64,000 nt of DNA from Gammaproteobacteria bacterium (GTDB lineage: Bacteria; Pseudomonadota; Gammaproteobacteria; Eutrophobiales; Eutrophobiaceae), in assembly GCA_965116495.1 (NCBI GenBank), contig OZ220696.1, forward strand, positions 3,520,001 to 3,584,000. The letters run 5' to 3'. Made by a program: the position numbers and the translations under genes. Position 1 is the first letter of the stretch. Each line of letters opens with the position of its first letter. The notes beneath the pieces are model-generated. The model worked only from the letters and a program-made list of their open reading frames with translations, did no database searches and was not told the origin of the DNA. Shown here piece after piece: positions 39,459 through 48,417 of this stretch.

Positions 39459-41227
39459 CCACCCAGATGCTGACTTACATCGTGGTCGGCCTGACCTTCG
39501 CCCTTTATATCGGCATTGCCGTGTGGTCCAGGGCGGCATCAACCAAGGATTTCTACGTGGCGGGCGCCGGCGTGCACCCACTGACCAACGGCATGGCGAC
39601 CGCCGCGGACTGGATGAGCGCCGGCTCGTTCATTTCCATCGCCGGCATGATCGCCTTTGCCGGTTATGACGGCTCGGTCTACCTGATGGGCTGGACCGGC
39701 GGTTACGTCCTCCTTGCGCTGTTGCTGGCGCCGTACCTGCGCAAGTTCGGCCAGTACACCGTGCCGGACTTCATCGGCGAGCGCTATTACTCAAGTTCCG
39801 CCCGGGTGGTGGCCGTGATCTGCCTGGTCTTTATCTGCTTTACCTACGTGGCCGGGCAGATGCGCGGGGTAGGGGTGGTGTTCTCCCGTTTCCTGGAAGT
39901 GGAAATCATGACCGGTGTGTTTATCGGCATGGCAGTGGTGTTCTTCTATGCCGTGCTCGGCGGCATGAAGGGCATTACCTATACCCAGGTGGCGCAGTAT
40001 TGCGTCATGATTTTTGCATACATAACGCCGGCGATCTTTGTCTCAATGCTGATCACGGGCAACCCGGTGCCGCAACTGGGCCTCGGTTCCGAGGTGCAGG
40101 ACGGATCCGGTCTGCGGGTGCTGGAAAAACTGGACCAGGTGCTGACGGACCTGGGTTTTACGCCTTACACGGATGGAAGCAAAAGCATGATTGACGTGTT
40201 CACGATTACCCTGGTGCTGATGGCCGGCACGGCCGGCCTGCCCCACGTGATCGTGCGCTTCTTTACCGTGCCCAAGGTGTCCGATGCGCGCAAATCCGCG
40301 GGTTACGCCCTGATATTCATTGCCTTGCTGTACACGACCGCGCCTGCTCTCGCCGCCTTCTCCCGGCTGAATTTCATAGACACGGTAAACAACACCGCCT
40401 ACGTGGAAGCGCCCTCCTGGGTGAAGACCTGGGAGGGTATCGGCCTGATTGCCTGGCTGGATAAAAATGAGGACGGCAGGATTCAATATGCCGCAGGCGC
40501 CGCCTTCGAGGGCGCGCCTGTCTTCATCGACGGCGCAGGGGAACACGGGCAGAAACTGGTCGGGAATACCCCGCTGGACAATACCAACGAGGTGTATGTC
40601 GACCGCGATATCATGATGCTGGCCAGTCCGGAGATTGCCAACCTGCCGCCCTGGGTGCTGGCGCTGGTGGCAGCCGGTGGACTGGCCGCGGCGTTGTCCA
40701 CTGCGGCCGGTTTATTGCTGGTGGTATCGACATCCATCTCCCATGACCTGCTCAAGAAAACCCTGAGGCCGGACATCAGCGAAAAACAGGAGTTGTTCTA
40801 CGCCCGAATTGCGGCCGCGGCTGCCGTCTGCTTTGCCGGCTACCTGGGGATCAATCCGCCGGGGTTCGTCGCCCAGGTGATCGCGTTTGCGTTCGGACTG
40901 GCCGCCGCATCGCTGTTCCCGGCCATTTTCCTCGGCATATTCGTGCGTAATATGAACCGCGAGGGCGCCATAGCCGGCATGTTGAGCGGTCTCCTGTTCA
41001 CCGCCGCGTATATCGTCTACTTCAAGTTCGTCAACCCCGGCGCCAGCAACCCGGAAAACTGGTGGCTGGGTATCTCGCCGGAGGGAATCGGCAGTATGGG
41101 CATGGTAATCAATTTCGCGGTCGCGTTTACGGTCAACCGTTTCACCGCGCAACCGCCGGATTATATCAAGGCACTGGTCGATGACGTCCGCATACCCGCC
41201 GGCGCGGGAGTGGCGCACCGGCATTAG
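39455..41227 (+). CDS. Sodium:solute symporter, ActP-like cation/acetate permease
   Basis: NGMATAADWMSA, GWTGGY, GGMKGITYTQVAQY, GTAGLPHV. Confidence 0.9.
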   Translation: MTTQMLTYIVVGLTFALYIGIAVWSRAASTKDFYVAGAGVHPLTNGMATAADWMSAGSFISIAGMIAFAGYDGSVYLMGWTGGYVLLALLLAPYLRKFGQYTVPDFIGERYYSSSARVVAVICLVFICFTYVAGQMRGVGVVFSRFLEVEIMTGVFIGMAVVFFYAVLGGMKGITYTQVAQYCVMIFAYITPAIFVSMLITGNPVPQLGLGSEVQDGSGLRVLEKLDQVLTDLGFTPYTDGSKSMIDVFTITLVLMAGTAGLPHVIVRFFTVPKVSDARKSAGYALIFIALLYTTAPALAAFSRLNFIDTVNNTAYVEAPSWVKTWEGIGLIAWLDKNEDGRIQYAAGAAFEGAPVFIDGAGEHGQKLVGNTPLDNTNEVYVDRDIMMLASPEIANLPPWVLALVAAGGLAAALSTAAGLLLVVSTSISHDLLKKTLRPDISEKQELFYARIAAAAAVCFAGYLGINPPGFVAQVIAFAFGLAAASLFPAIFLGIFVRNMNREGAIAGMLSGLLFTAAYIVYFKFVNPGASNPENWWLGISPEGIGSMGMVINFAVAFTVNRFTAQPPDYIKALVDDVRIPAGAGVAHRH

Positions 41228-41343
41228 GAATTACGAATTAGGAATTACGAATTAGGAATTACGAATTAGGAATTGGAGTTATCACAATGGAAAAGCCGCC
41301 GCAGCAGGCGGCACATTCATTCGTAATTCCTAATTCGTAATTC
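41224..41343. repeat. Heptamer tandem array (TTAGGAA/TTACGAA) with an inverted copy
   Basis: Seven strictly alternating units at 41224-41272; reverse-complement units at 41320-41343. Confidence 0.9.
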
Positions 41344-41369
41344 AATTTGCGTTGATCTGCAGATAAAAC

Positions 41370-42293
41370 ATGAACACAACGAGTAACCGATTCACCATCG
41401 CCGCGCTGTACAAGTTCCTCAGGCTGCCGGACTTTAGAGAATTGAAGCGACCCCTGCTGGATCGTTGTAATGATCTCCGGCTCAGGGGGACTTTCCTGCT
41501 GGCGCCCGAGGGCATTAACGGCGCCGTCGCAGGAAGCACGGAAGGCGTGGACGGGATCCTGGACTACCTGCGTGCGGAGCCCCGTTTTGCCGACCTTGTA
41601 CACAAGGAATCCCGCGCCGCTGCATGTCCTTTCCACCGGATGAAGGTAAAGCTCAAGCAGGAAATAGTCTCGCTGGGTGTAGAGGGAGTTGATGCGCAGC
41701 ATCTCAGCGGCAGGTATGTGCAGCCGGAACACTGGAATACGGAAATCTCCCGGCCGGATACGCTGGTGCTGGACGTTCGCAACGAGTATGAATCCGGGAT
41801 CGGCGGTTTTAAAAACGCCGTCGCGCCGCATACCGAGACCTTCCGCGAATTTCCGGAGTACGTGCAACAAAACCTCGACCCGGCTGAACATCCCAGGGTC
41901 GCCATGTTTTGTACGGGAGGTATCCGTTGTGAGAAGGCATCCTCTTACCTGCTGTCCCGGGGTTTCAGGGAGGTTCTCCAGTTACACGGCGGCATCCTGA
42001 ACTACCTGGAGAAAATCGACCGTAAAGACAGCCTGTGGGAAGGAGAGTGTTTTGTCTTCGACAGCCGGGTTGCCGTCAATCACGACCTGGGCGAAGGTGA
42101 TTATGAGCAGTGTTTCGCCTGTCGCAGGCCGATTACCGAGCAAGATATGACCGCGGAAAAATATCAGCCTGGCGTGTCCTGCCCGCGCTGTTATGATGAG
42201 TTGACTGCCGAACAACGGGAACGCTTCAGTGAACGCCAGCGCCAGGTCGAACTGGCGGAGAGCCGCGGTGAAAAACACATCGGCGTGGACTGA
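41370..42293 (+). CDS. trhO: Rhodanese-related tRNA uridine(34) hydroxylase
   Basis: ALYKF, APEGING, DVRNEYE, MFCTGGIRCEKAS, LHGGILNY, GECFVFD. Confidence 0.88.
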   Translation: MNTTSNRFTIAALYKFLRLPDFRELKRPLLDRCNDLRLRGTFLLAPEGINGAVAGSTEGVDGILDYLRAEPRFADLVHKESRAAACPFHRMKVKLKQEIVSLGVEGVDAQHLSGRYVQPEHWNTEISRPDTLVLDVRNEYESGIGGFKNAVAPHTETFREFPEYVQQNLDPAEHPRVAMFCTGGIRCEKASSYLLSRGFREVLQLHGGILNYLEKIDRKDSLWEGECFVFDSRVAVNHDLGEGDYEQCFACRRPITEQDMTAEKYQPGVSCPRCYDELTAEQRERFSERQRQVELAESRGEKHIGVD

Positions 42294-43314
42294 CAGGGAA
42301 CTACAGGACAGGAAAGCGCAAATTTTTCCGCAGCACTTGGCGCGGGTTTACACTCACGTCAGCCATGGCGATTACCCGGACTGGCTGGACGCAATCAGCA
42401 GGTTGCCTGAAATCAGCCCCTCACAAGTCAGGCTCGACGCGGACGCCATCCGGATCGGCGCTGCGACGGATTGCAGCGCATCACAACGCGACATCATCCG
42501 GCAACAACTGCAACGGTTGCTGCCGTGGCGCAAAGGCCCGTTTAACCTGTTCGGCCTAAAGATTGACGCCGAATGGCGTTCCGACATGAAATGGCAGCGC
42601 TTGCAGGACAAAATAACTCCACTGTCCGGCCGTACCGTGCTGGACGTCGGTTGCGGCAACGGCTATTACGGTTGGCGTATGTTGGGGGCCGGAGCGAAAC
42701 ATGTGGTCGGGACGGACCCCACACTCCGATATGTTATGCAGCAGCGCGCCATTGCGAGATACCTTCCTGATGTACCTTTCGAAATCTTGCCATTTTCGCT
42801 GGAGACACTGGTCAGCAGCGCGCCGGACTTCATTGCTGCCCAGCCTGCCCCTGCAGGCTCTAAGCAGGGGACAGGAATCCACCCCGCGGCTTCCCTGTTA
42901 CCCCCTGACGGGTTCGACGCCGTCTTTTCCATGGGTGTGATTTATCATCGCCGCAACCCTGTCAGGCATATTCGCGATCTTTTGATGTTCCTGCGCTCCG
43001 GCGGTGAACTGGTGCTGGAGTCATTGATCATTGACGAGGAGCATGGTGACGTACTGCAACCCCGGGACCGCTACGCCAGGATGAGGAATATCTGGACTAT
43101 CCCCTCCATCACCGCCCTGAAAAACTGGCTGTCCGACGCGGGTCTCATTTCAATCGAAGTCGCAGATGTCTCCGCCACGACCCCTGCCGAACAACGGGTC
43201 ACGGAATGGACCTTCGAACAGTCACTGTCAGACTTCCTGGATCCGCAAAACTCCGACCTGACCGTAGAAGGCTACCCGGCCCCGAAACGGGCAATCGTGC
43301 TATGCTCAAGGTAA
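42268..43314 (+). CDS. cmoB: tRNA 5-carboxymethoxyuridine (cmo5U34) synthase
   Basis: HGDY, PWRKGPF, IDAEWRSD, LDVGCGNGY, FSMGVIYHRR, TVEGYPAP; start uncertain (42229 or GTG 42268). Confidence 0.92.
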   Translation: MKNTSAWTDRELQDRKAQIFPQHLARVYTHVSHGDYPDWLDAISRLPEISPSQVRLDADAIRIGAATDCSASQRDIIRQQLQRLLPWRKGPFNLFGLKIDAEWRSDMKWQRLQDKITPLSGRTVLDVGCGNGYYGWRMLGAGAKHVVGTDPTLRYVMQQRAIARYLPDVPFEILPFSLETLVSSAPDFIAAQPAPAGSKQGTGIHPAASLLPPDGFDAVFSMGVIYHRRNPVRHIRDLLMFLRSGGELVLESLIIDEEHGDVLQPRDRYARMRNIWTIPSITALKNWLSDAGLISIEVADVSATTPAEQRVTEWTFEQSLSDFLDPQNSDLTVEGYPAPKRAIVLCSR

Positions 43315-43466
43315 TGATTGAGGTTAATTGTGGTCTGGATGACATTAGATTGGAAACCATAGCGACAACTGAAACGTATTCCTTCAGAAAACCGCTGGAT
43401 TGAACTTTCGGGACTCTGCTATAATTTTCCCGAAAATATAAAACACATACCCGCAGGAGGAATAGC

Positions 43467-44126
43467 ATGCCTTTACGTATTGGTGATGAAGCACCGAACT
43501 TCACTGTTGAAACCACGGAAGGGACGATCAATTTCCATGACTGGATTGGCGACGGTTACGCCATCCTGTTTTCCCATCCCAAGGATTTTACCCCGGTGTG
43601 CACGACGGAACTGGGTTACATGGCCGGACTCAAGCCGGAGTTTGATAAACGCAACACCAAGGTTATCGGTCTGAGTATCGATTCGGTAGATGATCATAAT
43701 GCCTGGCTGAACGACATAGAGGAAACCCAGGGCCATGCGGTCAATTATCCGCTGATAGGAGACACCGACCTGGCTGTTGCCAAGCTCTATGACATGATCC
43801 ACCCGAACGCCAGCGGCGCGGCAAAGTCGCGCACCGCAGCGGACAACGCCACGATACGTTCGGTGTTCGTCGTCGGCCCGGATAAACTGATCAAGCTGAT
43901 CATTACCTATCCGATGAGTACCGGCAGGAATTTTGATGAGGTGCTCCGGGTGCTGGATTCCATCCAGTTGACCGCCAAACACAAGGTGGCCACTCCCGTT
44001 AACTGGCGCCAGGGCGAGGACGTGATCATCGTCCCTGCAGTGTCAAACGAGGCCGCCAAGGAGAAATTTCCGGAGGGCTGGAAGGCCCCGAAGCCCTACC
44101 TGAGGATAGTGCCTCAGCCTGAATAG
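43467..44126 (+). CDS. 1-Cys peroxiredoxin (Prx6)
   Basis: FSHPKDFTPVCTTELG, YPMSTGRNFDE, ATPVNW. Confidence 0.95.
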   Translation: MPLRIGDEAPNFTVETTEGTINFHDWIGDGYAILFSHPKDFTPVCTTELGYMAGLKPEFDKRNTKVIGLSIDSVDDHNAWLNDIEETQGHAVNYPLIGDTDLAVAKLYDMIHPNASGAAKSRTAADNATIRSVFVVGPDKLIKLIITYPMSTGRNFDEVLRVLDSIQLTAKHKVATPVNWRQGEDVIIVPAVSNEAAKEKFPEGWKAPKPYLRIVPQPE

Positions 44127-44151
44127 GGCTGCATCCTGTCCTGCGCGTGAT

Positions 44152-44445
44152 ATGTCTGCAAGGACGAGATTACTGATGCTGGCAACGCCGGCTTGGGCAA
44201 ATGACCCGGCTGTGTCTTCCGGCAAAGCGTCCGACGCGCAAGCCGCGAACTGGGAGTTGCAGGACTGGGAATTGGACATCCAGCGCTGTTTGTTCACCCA
44301 GGACCGCTGTTCGGGTTCGCTCACCATCATTTATGAGAGCCTGCAAAACGCCAGGAAGGATCCCGGGGTCGAGGAGTGGCGCGTGGAATACTGGGAGAAA
44401 AAGCTGCGCGATTACTTCGGTTACAACATGGACAGGCATGACTGA
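44152..44445 (+). CDS. Hypothetical protein (possibly a remnant)
   Basis: ORF fills the gap between prx and the MATE gene; no recognisable motif. Confidence 0.35.
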   Translation: MSARTRLLMLATPAWANDPAVSSGKASDAQAANWELQDWELDIQRCLFTQDRCSGSLTIIYESLQNARKDPGVEEWRVEYWEKKLRDYFGYNMDRHD

Positions 44446-45905
44446 TTGATACCAGGACAGAACGCACCCGCAGAATCATCACGGAACCGGTTGCCCCGTT
44501 ACTGGCGCGCCTGACCGGCACCATGGTCCTGGGCGTCATCGCTATGATGACGCTGGGCTTTGTCGATACCTGGTTCATCAGCCTGCTGGGGACAAACCAG
44601 TTGGCGGCCATCGGCTTCATCGTCCCCGTATACATGATTTTTATCAGTTTTGCCCTGGGGATAGGCATGGGCATCAGTTCGATTACTTCACGTTTGATCG
44701 GCGAAGCAAAACATGACGTGGCCGCCCGTTACGTGACGGATGCGCAAATTCTGGCGCTGTTGTTGTCAATCTTCATCGCCATCCTGGTCGGTTATTCCAT
44801 CAACGCCGTCTTTTCAGCTATGGGCGCGACGGAACAAGTGATGCCCCATATCAGGAGCTATATGTATATCCTGATTTTCGGCCTGCCGGTGATAATGATC
44901 GCAGTGGTCAGCGGGAACACGTTCCGTTCCATCGGCGCGATGAAGACTTCCGCCTTGATGTCCACGCTTATGGCATTGCTGAACCTGATCCTCGACCCGT
45001 TACTGATTTTCGGTCCGGGTCCTTTCCCGGAAATGGGGATAAAAGGCGCGGCGCTCGCCAGCGTCATTGCCGCGACGACCGTGGCCGTCGTCGCGGTCTA
45101 TATCCTGGCGGTCCGGGAAAAGCTGCTGCTGTTCACCCTGCCGCGCCTGCACCATATCAGGGAAAACTGGGAGGAGTTGTTGCAGATCGCGATACCTGCC
45201 ATGCTCGCCAACATGATGACTCCGTTTGCCGCGGCCATCATGACCGCGATGATAGCCGGTTATGGCGCCGAGGCCGTCGCCGGGTTCGGAGTAGGGGCGC
45301 GCATAGAGACCTTGTGCCTGCTCGTCATTTTTGCCCTGTCCGCGACCCTGCCCATGTTCATCGGACAAAACCTGGGAGCAGGGAAAGGGGAGCGCGCCTA
45401 CCAGGCATTATTCGGTTGTCTGAAGTTCGGTATCGTCTTCCAGGTTGCGGTCTATGTCCTGCTGCTCATCCTCTCACCGTATATCGCCCCCGCGTTCAGC
45501 GATGACGCAAGGGTGATGCAAGTGATCAATACCTTCATCTACATATTGCCGCTGACCTACGGCGCCCATGCTATCGTGATCCTGGTCATGGTCTCCCTGA
45601 ACGTGTTGAGACGACCCCGCCTTGCCTTGTTCCTGATCATTATCAGGCTGATTGCTTTGTACCTGCCGCTGGCGTATATTGGCAGCCTTTATTGGGGTAT
45701 AACCGGCCTGTTCGCGGGCGCCGCCGCCGGAAACGTCATCGCCGGCGTCATCGCGTACCGGGTGATAAAGAAAATCTGCGCCGATACGGAGGACAGAGGG
45801 CGGAAGACAGAAGACAGAGAACGGATGACGGGGGACCGAGGACAGAGGACCGCGACCGTCATTCCGGCAAATAAGACCATTTCGTCGACCGGGGGACAGA
45901 TTTGA
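44445..45905 (+). CDS. MATE family efflux transporter
   Basis: VDTWFISLLG, LNLILDPLLIFG..MGIKGAALAS, FIGQNLGAG; MATE-like sequence continues upstream of ATG 44523. Confidence 0.9.
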   Translation: MDTRTERTRRIITEPVAPLLARLTGTMVLGVIAMMTLGFVDTWFISLLGTNQLAAIGFIVPVYMIFISFALGIGMGISSITSRLIGEAKHDVAARYVTDAQILALLLSIFIAILVGYSINAVFSAMGATEQVMPHIRSYMYILIFGLPVIMIAVVSGNTFRSIGAMKTSALMSTLMALLNLILDPLLIFGPGPFPEMGIKGAALASVIAATTVAVVAVYILAVREKLLLFTLPRLHHIRENWEELLQIAIPAMLANMMTPFAAAIMTAMIAGYGAEAVAGFGVGARIETLCLLVIFALSATLPMFIGQNLGAGKGERAYQALFGCLKFGIVFQVAVYVLLLILSPYIAPAFSDDARVMQVINTFIYILPLTYGAHAIVILVMVSLNVLRRPRLALFLIIIRLIALYLPLAYIGSLYWGITGLFAGAAAGNVIAGVIAYRVIKKICADTEDRGRKTEDRERMTGDRGQRTATVIPANKTISSTGGQI

Positions 45906-45993
45906 AATCCGGCCCCGGCAGGACTGTGGTCCGTCATTCCTGCGCAAGCAGGAATCCAGCTGACAAAACAATACCTTATAACAAGCCGAGGAA

Positions 45994-46656
45994 ATGAATA
46001 TGAGTCGATTATACGGTGATAACCACCGGCAGTTGCAGGAACAGTTTGAAACGCGGCGTATGGCCGACGTTATCGAGAAAGTCGCGATGGAGACGGAAGT
46101 GGTTGGCCCACACAAGGATTTTATCGAAAGCCGCGATATGTTTTTCCTGAGTACGGTGGATCACAAGGGCAGGCCCACGGTGTCCTACAAGGGCGGCGAC
46201 CCGGGCTTCGTCAAGGTGGTTGATGACACGACGGTGGTTTTTCCCAGCTATGACGGAAACGGCATGTTCCTGTCCATGGGAAACATCAAGGGCAATACGA
46301 ATATCGGCATGTTATTCATAAATTTTGAGACGCCTCACAGGTTGCGGTTGCAGGGAGAAGCCTCCATCCACGATGACGACCCACTGATCGCCGCGTACAA
46401 GGAAGCGGATTTGATTGTCAGGGTCAAGGTCTCGGAGATCTTCGTAAACTGCCCGCGTTACGTGCACAAGTACCAGAAAGTCGACCCGTCCAAATACGTA
46501 CCCCGTACCGAATGTGATACGCCGTTGGCCGGTTGGAAGCATATCGACAAGATCCAGGAAGTCCTGCCCACGAGAGACCAGGGACGCGCGGAAAAAGAGG
46601 GCGGCATCATATCCATGGAAGAGTGGCACGAGAATGTCAGACGGGGGGATGGGTGA
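45994..46656 (+). CDS. Pyridoxamine 5'-phosphate oxidase-like FMN-binding protein
   Basis: FFLSTVD..GRPTVSYKGG.PGFV, YDGNGM, NCPRY. Confidence 0.85.
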   Translation: MNMSRLYGDNHRQLQEQFETRRMADVIEKVAMETEVVGPHKDFIESRDMFFLSTVDHKGRPTVSYKGGDPGFVKVVDDTTVVFPSYDGNGMFLSMGNIKGNTNIGMLFINFETPHRLRLQGEASIHDDDPLIAAYKEADLIVRVKVSEIFVNCPRYVHKYQKVDPSKYVPRTECDTPLAGWKHIDKIQEVLPTRDQGRAEKEGGIISMEEWHENVRRGDG

Positions 46657-46657
46657 A

Positions 46658-46699
46658 TTACGAATTAGGAATTATGAATTATGAATTACGAATTAGTAA
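46658..46699. repeat. Heptamer tandem array (TTA(C/G/T)GAA x6)
   Basis: ttacgaa ttaggaa ttatgaa ttatgaa ttacgaa ttagtaa between convergent genes. Confidence 0.85.
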
Positions 46700-46703
46700 T
46701 TGA

Positions 46704-48089
46704 TCAAAAGCCTTCTGTCGACAGCGTAAGCGCCTGGCGCATCACTGCGCTTTTTGCCAGCACTTCGTTGTGTTCCGTCGCCGGGTGGCTGTCGGCAACG
46801 ATACCGGCGCCGGCGTGGTAGCTGTAGCTGCCGTTCTCAAAGATGATGGTGCGTATCGCGATGGCCTGGTCCATGTTGCCGTAGTGGTCGAAATAACCCA
46901 CCGTGCCGCCGTATAACCCGCGCCGCACCGGTTCATAGCCGTTCAGCAACTCGATGGCGCGGATCTTGGGGGCGCCAACCAGGGTGCCCGCGGGGAATGC
47001 CGCGGCAAATAAATCAAAAGCATCCTTCCCTTGTTGCGGCCTGCCGCTGACGCCACTGACGATGTGCATGACGTGGCTGTAGCGTTCGATGGACTGGTAA
47101 GGGTCGACCAGGATGGAACCGGTGGCCGCGATGCGTCCCAAATCGTTTCTGGCCAGGTCCACCAGCATGACATGTTCGGCAATTTCCTTGGGGTCCTTCA
47201 CCAGGTCCGACTCCAGTTTCCGATCTGCTTCAGGGGTACCTCCGCGGGGACGGGTGCCGGCGATGGGCCGCAGTGCGGCCACACCGTCCTGCAATTTAAC
47301 CAAGGCCTCGGGGGAGGAGCCGGCGATAGTCCGGCTGCCTATCTCGATAAAGTACATATACGGGGACGGGTTAATCAGGCGCAACGCCCGGTACACCATG
47401 AATGGGTCGACGGCACACTCCCCGGAAAACCGGTTTGCCAGAACCACCTGAAAAATATCGCCGTCTCGTATTTTTTGCTTGGCTTCGTACACCAGTTGCA
47501 TATAGTCATTCCGGGAAAGACTCGCCTTCGCTATTGAACAGGTGTCCCTGGAGGTGGGTACCCGGACCGGGCCGCGCAAGGCCGCACTGACCTCTTTCTG
47601 CAAAGCCAGCCGTTCCGCTTCCGGACCGGCATGGAGCAGGGCCACCCGGCGGGTCAGATGATCGAACACCAACAGGGAGCGCGGCGCCATGTAAGCGGCC
47701 TGCGGATGGTAATCCGTCACGCTCGTATTAGCGGGGAATTGCTCAAGTTCGTGGATCAGGTCAAAATCGGCATAGCCCACCAAGCCGCCCTGAAACGGTA
47801 TCTCGTCTGCCTGGGGGGCTAATTGCGGCGCGGCACGTAATCCCTCCCGTAACGCGGCCAGCACCTCAGCGCGGCCGGAAGGTCGGGAACATGTTCTGCC
47901 GTTCAAGGTCAGGCCCCGTGCGTCAAAATGCAGGTCCAGCGCACTGCCCAGGCCCAGGAAGGAAAAACGCGCGACCTGTTCGCCCCGCTCCACGCTCTCC
48001 AGCAGGAAGCGCGCGCCCAGGGCCTTCAGTTTCAGAAAAGCCGATACCGGTGTATCGAGATCGGCAGCAATGTCAAAAGGCGGTTTCAT
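46704..48089 (-). CDS. trpE: Anthranilate synthase component I
   Basis: DLDTPVSA, FLLESVE, NPSPYM, PIAGTRPRG, AEHVMLVDLARND, GAGIVADS; preceded by a Trp attenuator. Confidence 0.92.
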   Translation of the reverse strand: MKPPFDIAADLDTPVSAFLKLKALGARFLLESVERGEQVARFSFLGLGSALDLHFDARGLTLNGRTCSRPSGRAEVLAALREGLRAAPQLAPQADEIPFQGGLVGYADFDLIHELEQFPANTSVTDYHPQAAYMAPRSLLVFDHLTRRVALLHAGPEAERLALQKEVSAALRGPVRVPTSRDTCSIAKASLSRNDYMQLVYEAKQKIRDGDIFQVVLANRFSGECAVDPFMVYRALRLINPSPYMYFIEIGSRTIAGSSPEALVKLQDGVAALRPIAGTRPRGGTPEADRKLESDLVKDPKEIAEHVMLVDLARNDLGRIAATGSILVDPYQSIERYSHVMHIVSGVSGRPQQGKDAFDLFAAAFPAGTLVGAPKIRAIELLNGYEPVRRGLYGGTVGYFDHYGNMDQAIAIRTIIFENGSYSYHAGAGIVADSHPATEHNEVLAKSAVMRQALTLSTEGF

Positions 48090-48136
48090 CAGTTCCCCTT
48101 GTTCGTTCGCCACCACCTACCAGGAGGAACAGGCAT

Positions 48137-48169
48137 AAAAAAACCCACCCCTGGTCCAGAGGTGGGTTT
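48137..48169 (-). terminator. Attenuator terminator hairpin upstream of trpE
   Basis: Minus strand aaacccacctctggaccaggggtgggttttttt: GC stem plus U-tract. Confidence 0.85.
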
Positions 48170-48196
48170 GGTTAATAAACTATTTTGCAACAGTGA

Positions 48197-48259
48197 TTAA
48201 GCCGGCATCCACCCCGGGATGTCGCGCCACCACCATTGCCTGTGATTCATACAATTCAT
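48197..48259 (-). CDS. trpL: Trp operon leader peptide
   Basis: Manual translation MNCMNHRQWWWRDIPGWMPA* immediately upstream of the terminator. Confidence 0.85.
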   Translation of the reverse strand: MNCMNHRQWWWRDIPGWMPA

Positions 48260-48320
48260 GCCCGCAGCATAACGATAGTTTCAGGACAGGTCAAGGGGGG
48301 GGTTGGGGAATTACGGATAA

Positions 48321-48417
48321 TTACGAATTACGAATTAGGAATTACGAATTAATATCTGCTTCTCGATATCCCCTAATTCCTAATTCCTAATTCCTAATTC
48401 CTAATTCGTAATTCCTA
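48321..48417. repeat. Inverted heptamer arrays (TTACGAA/TTAGGAA ... TTCCTAA/TTCGTAA)
   Basis: Forward units 48321-48350, reverse units 48372-48417. Confidence 0.85.
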
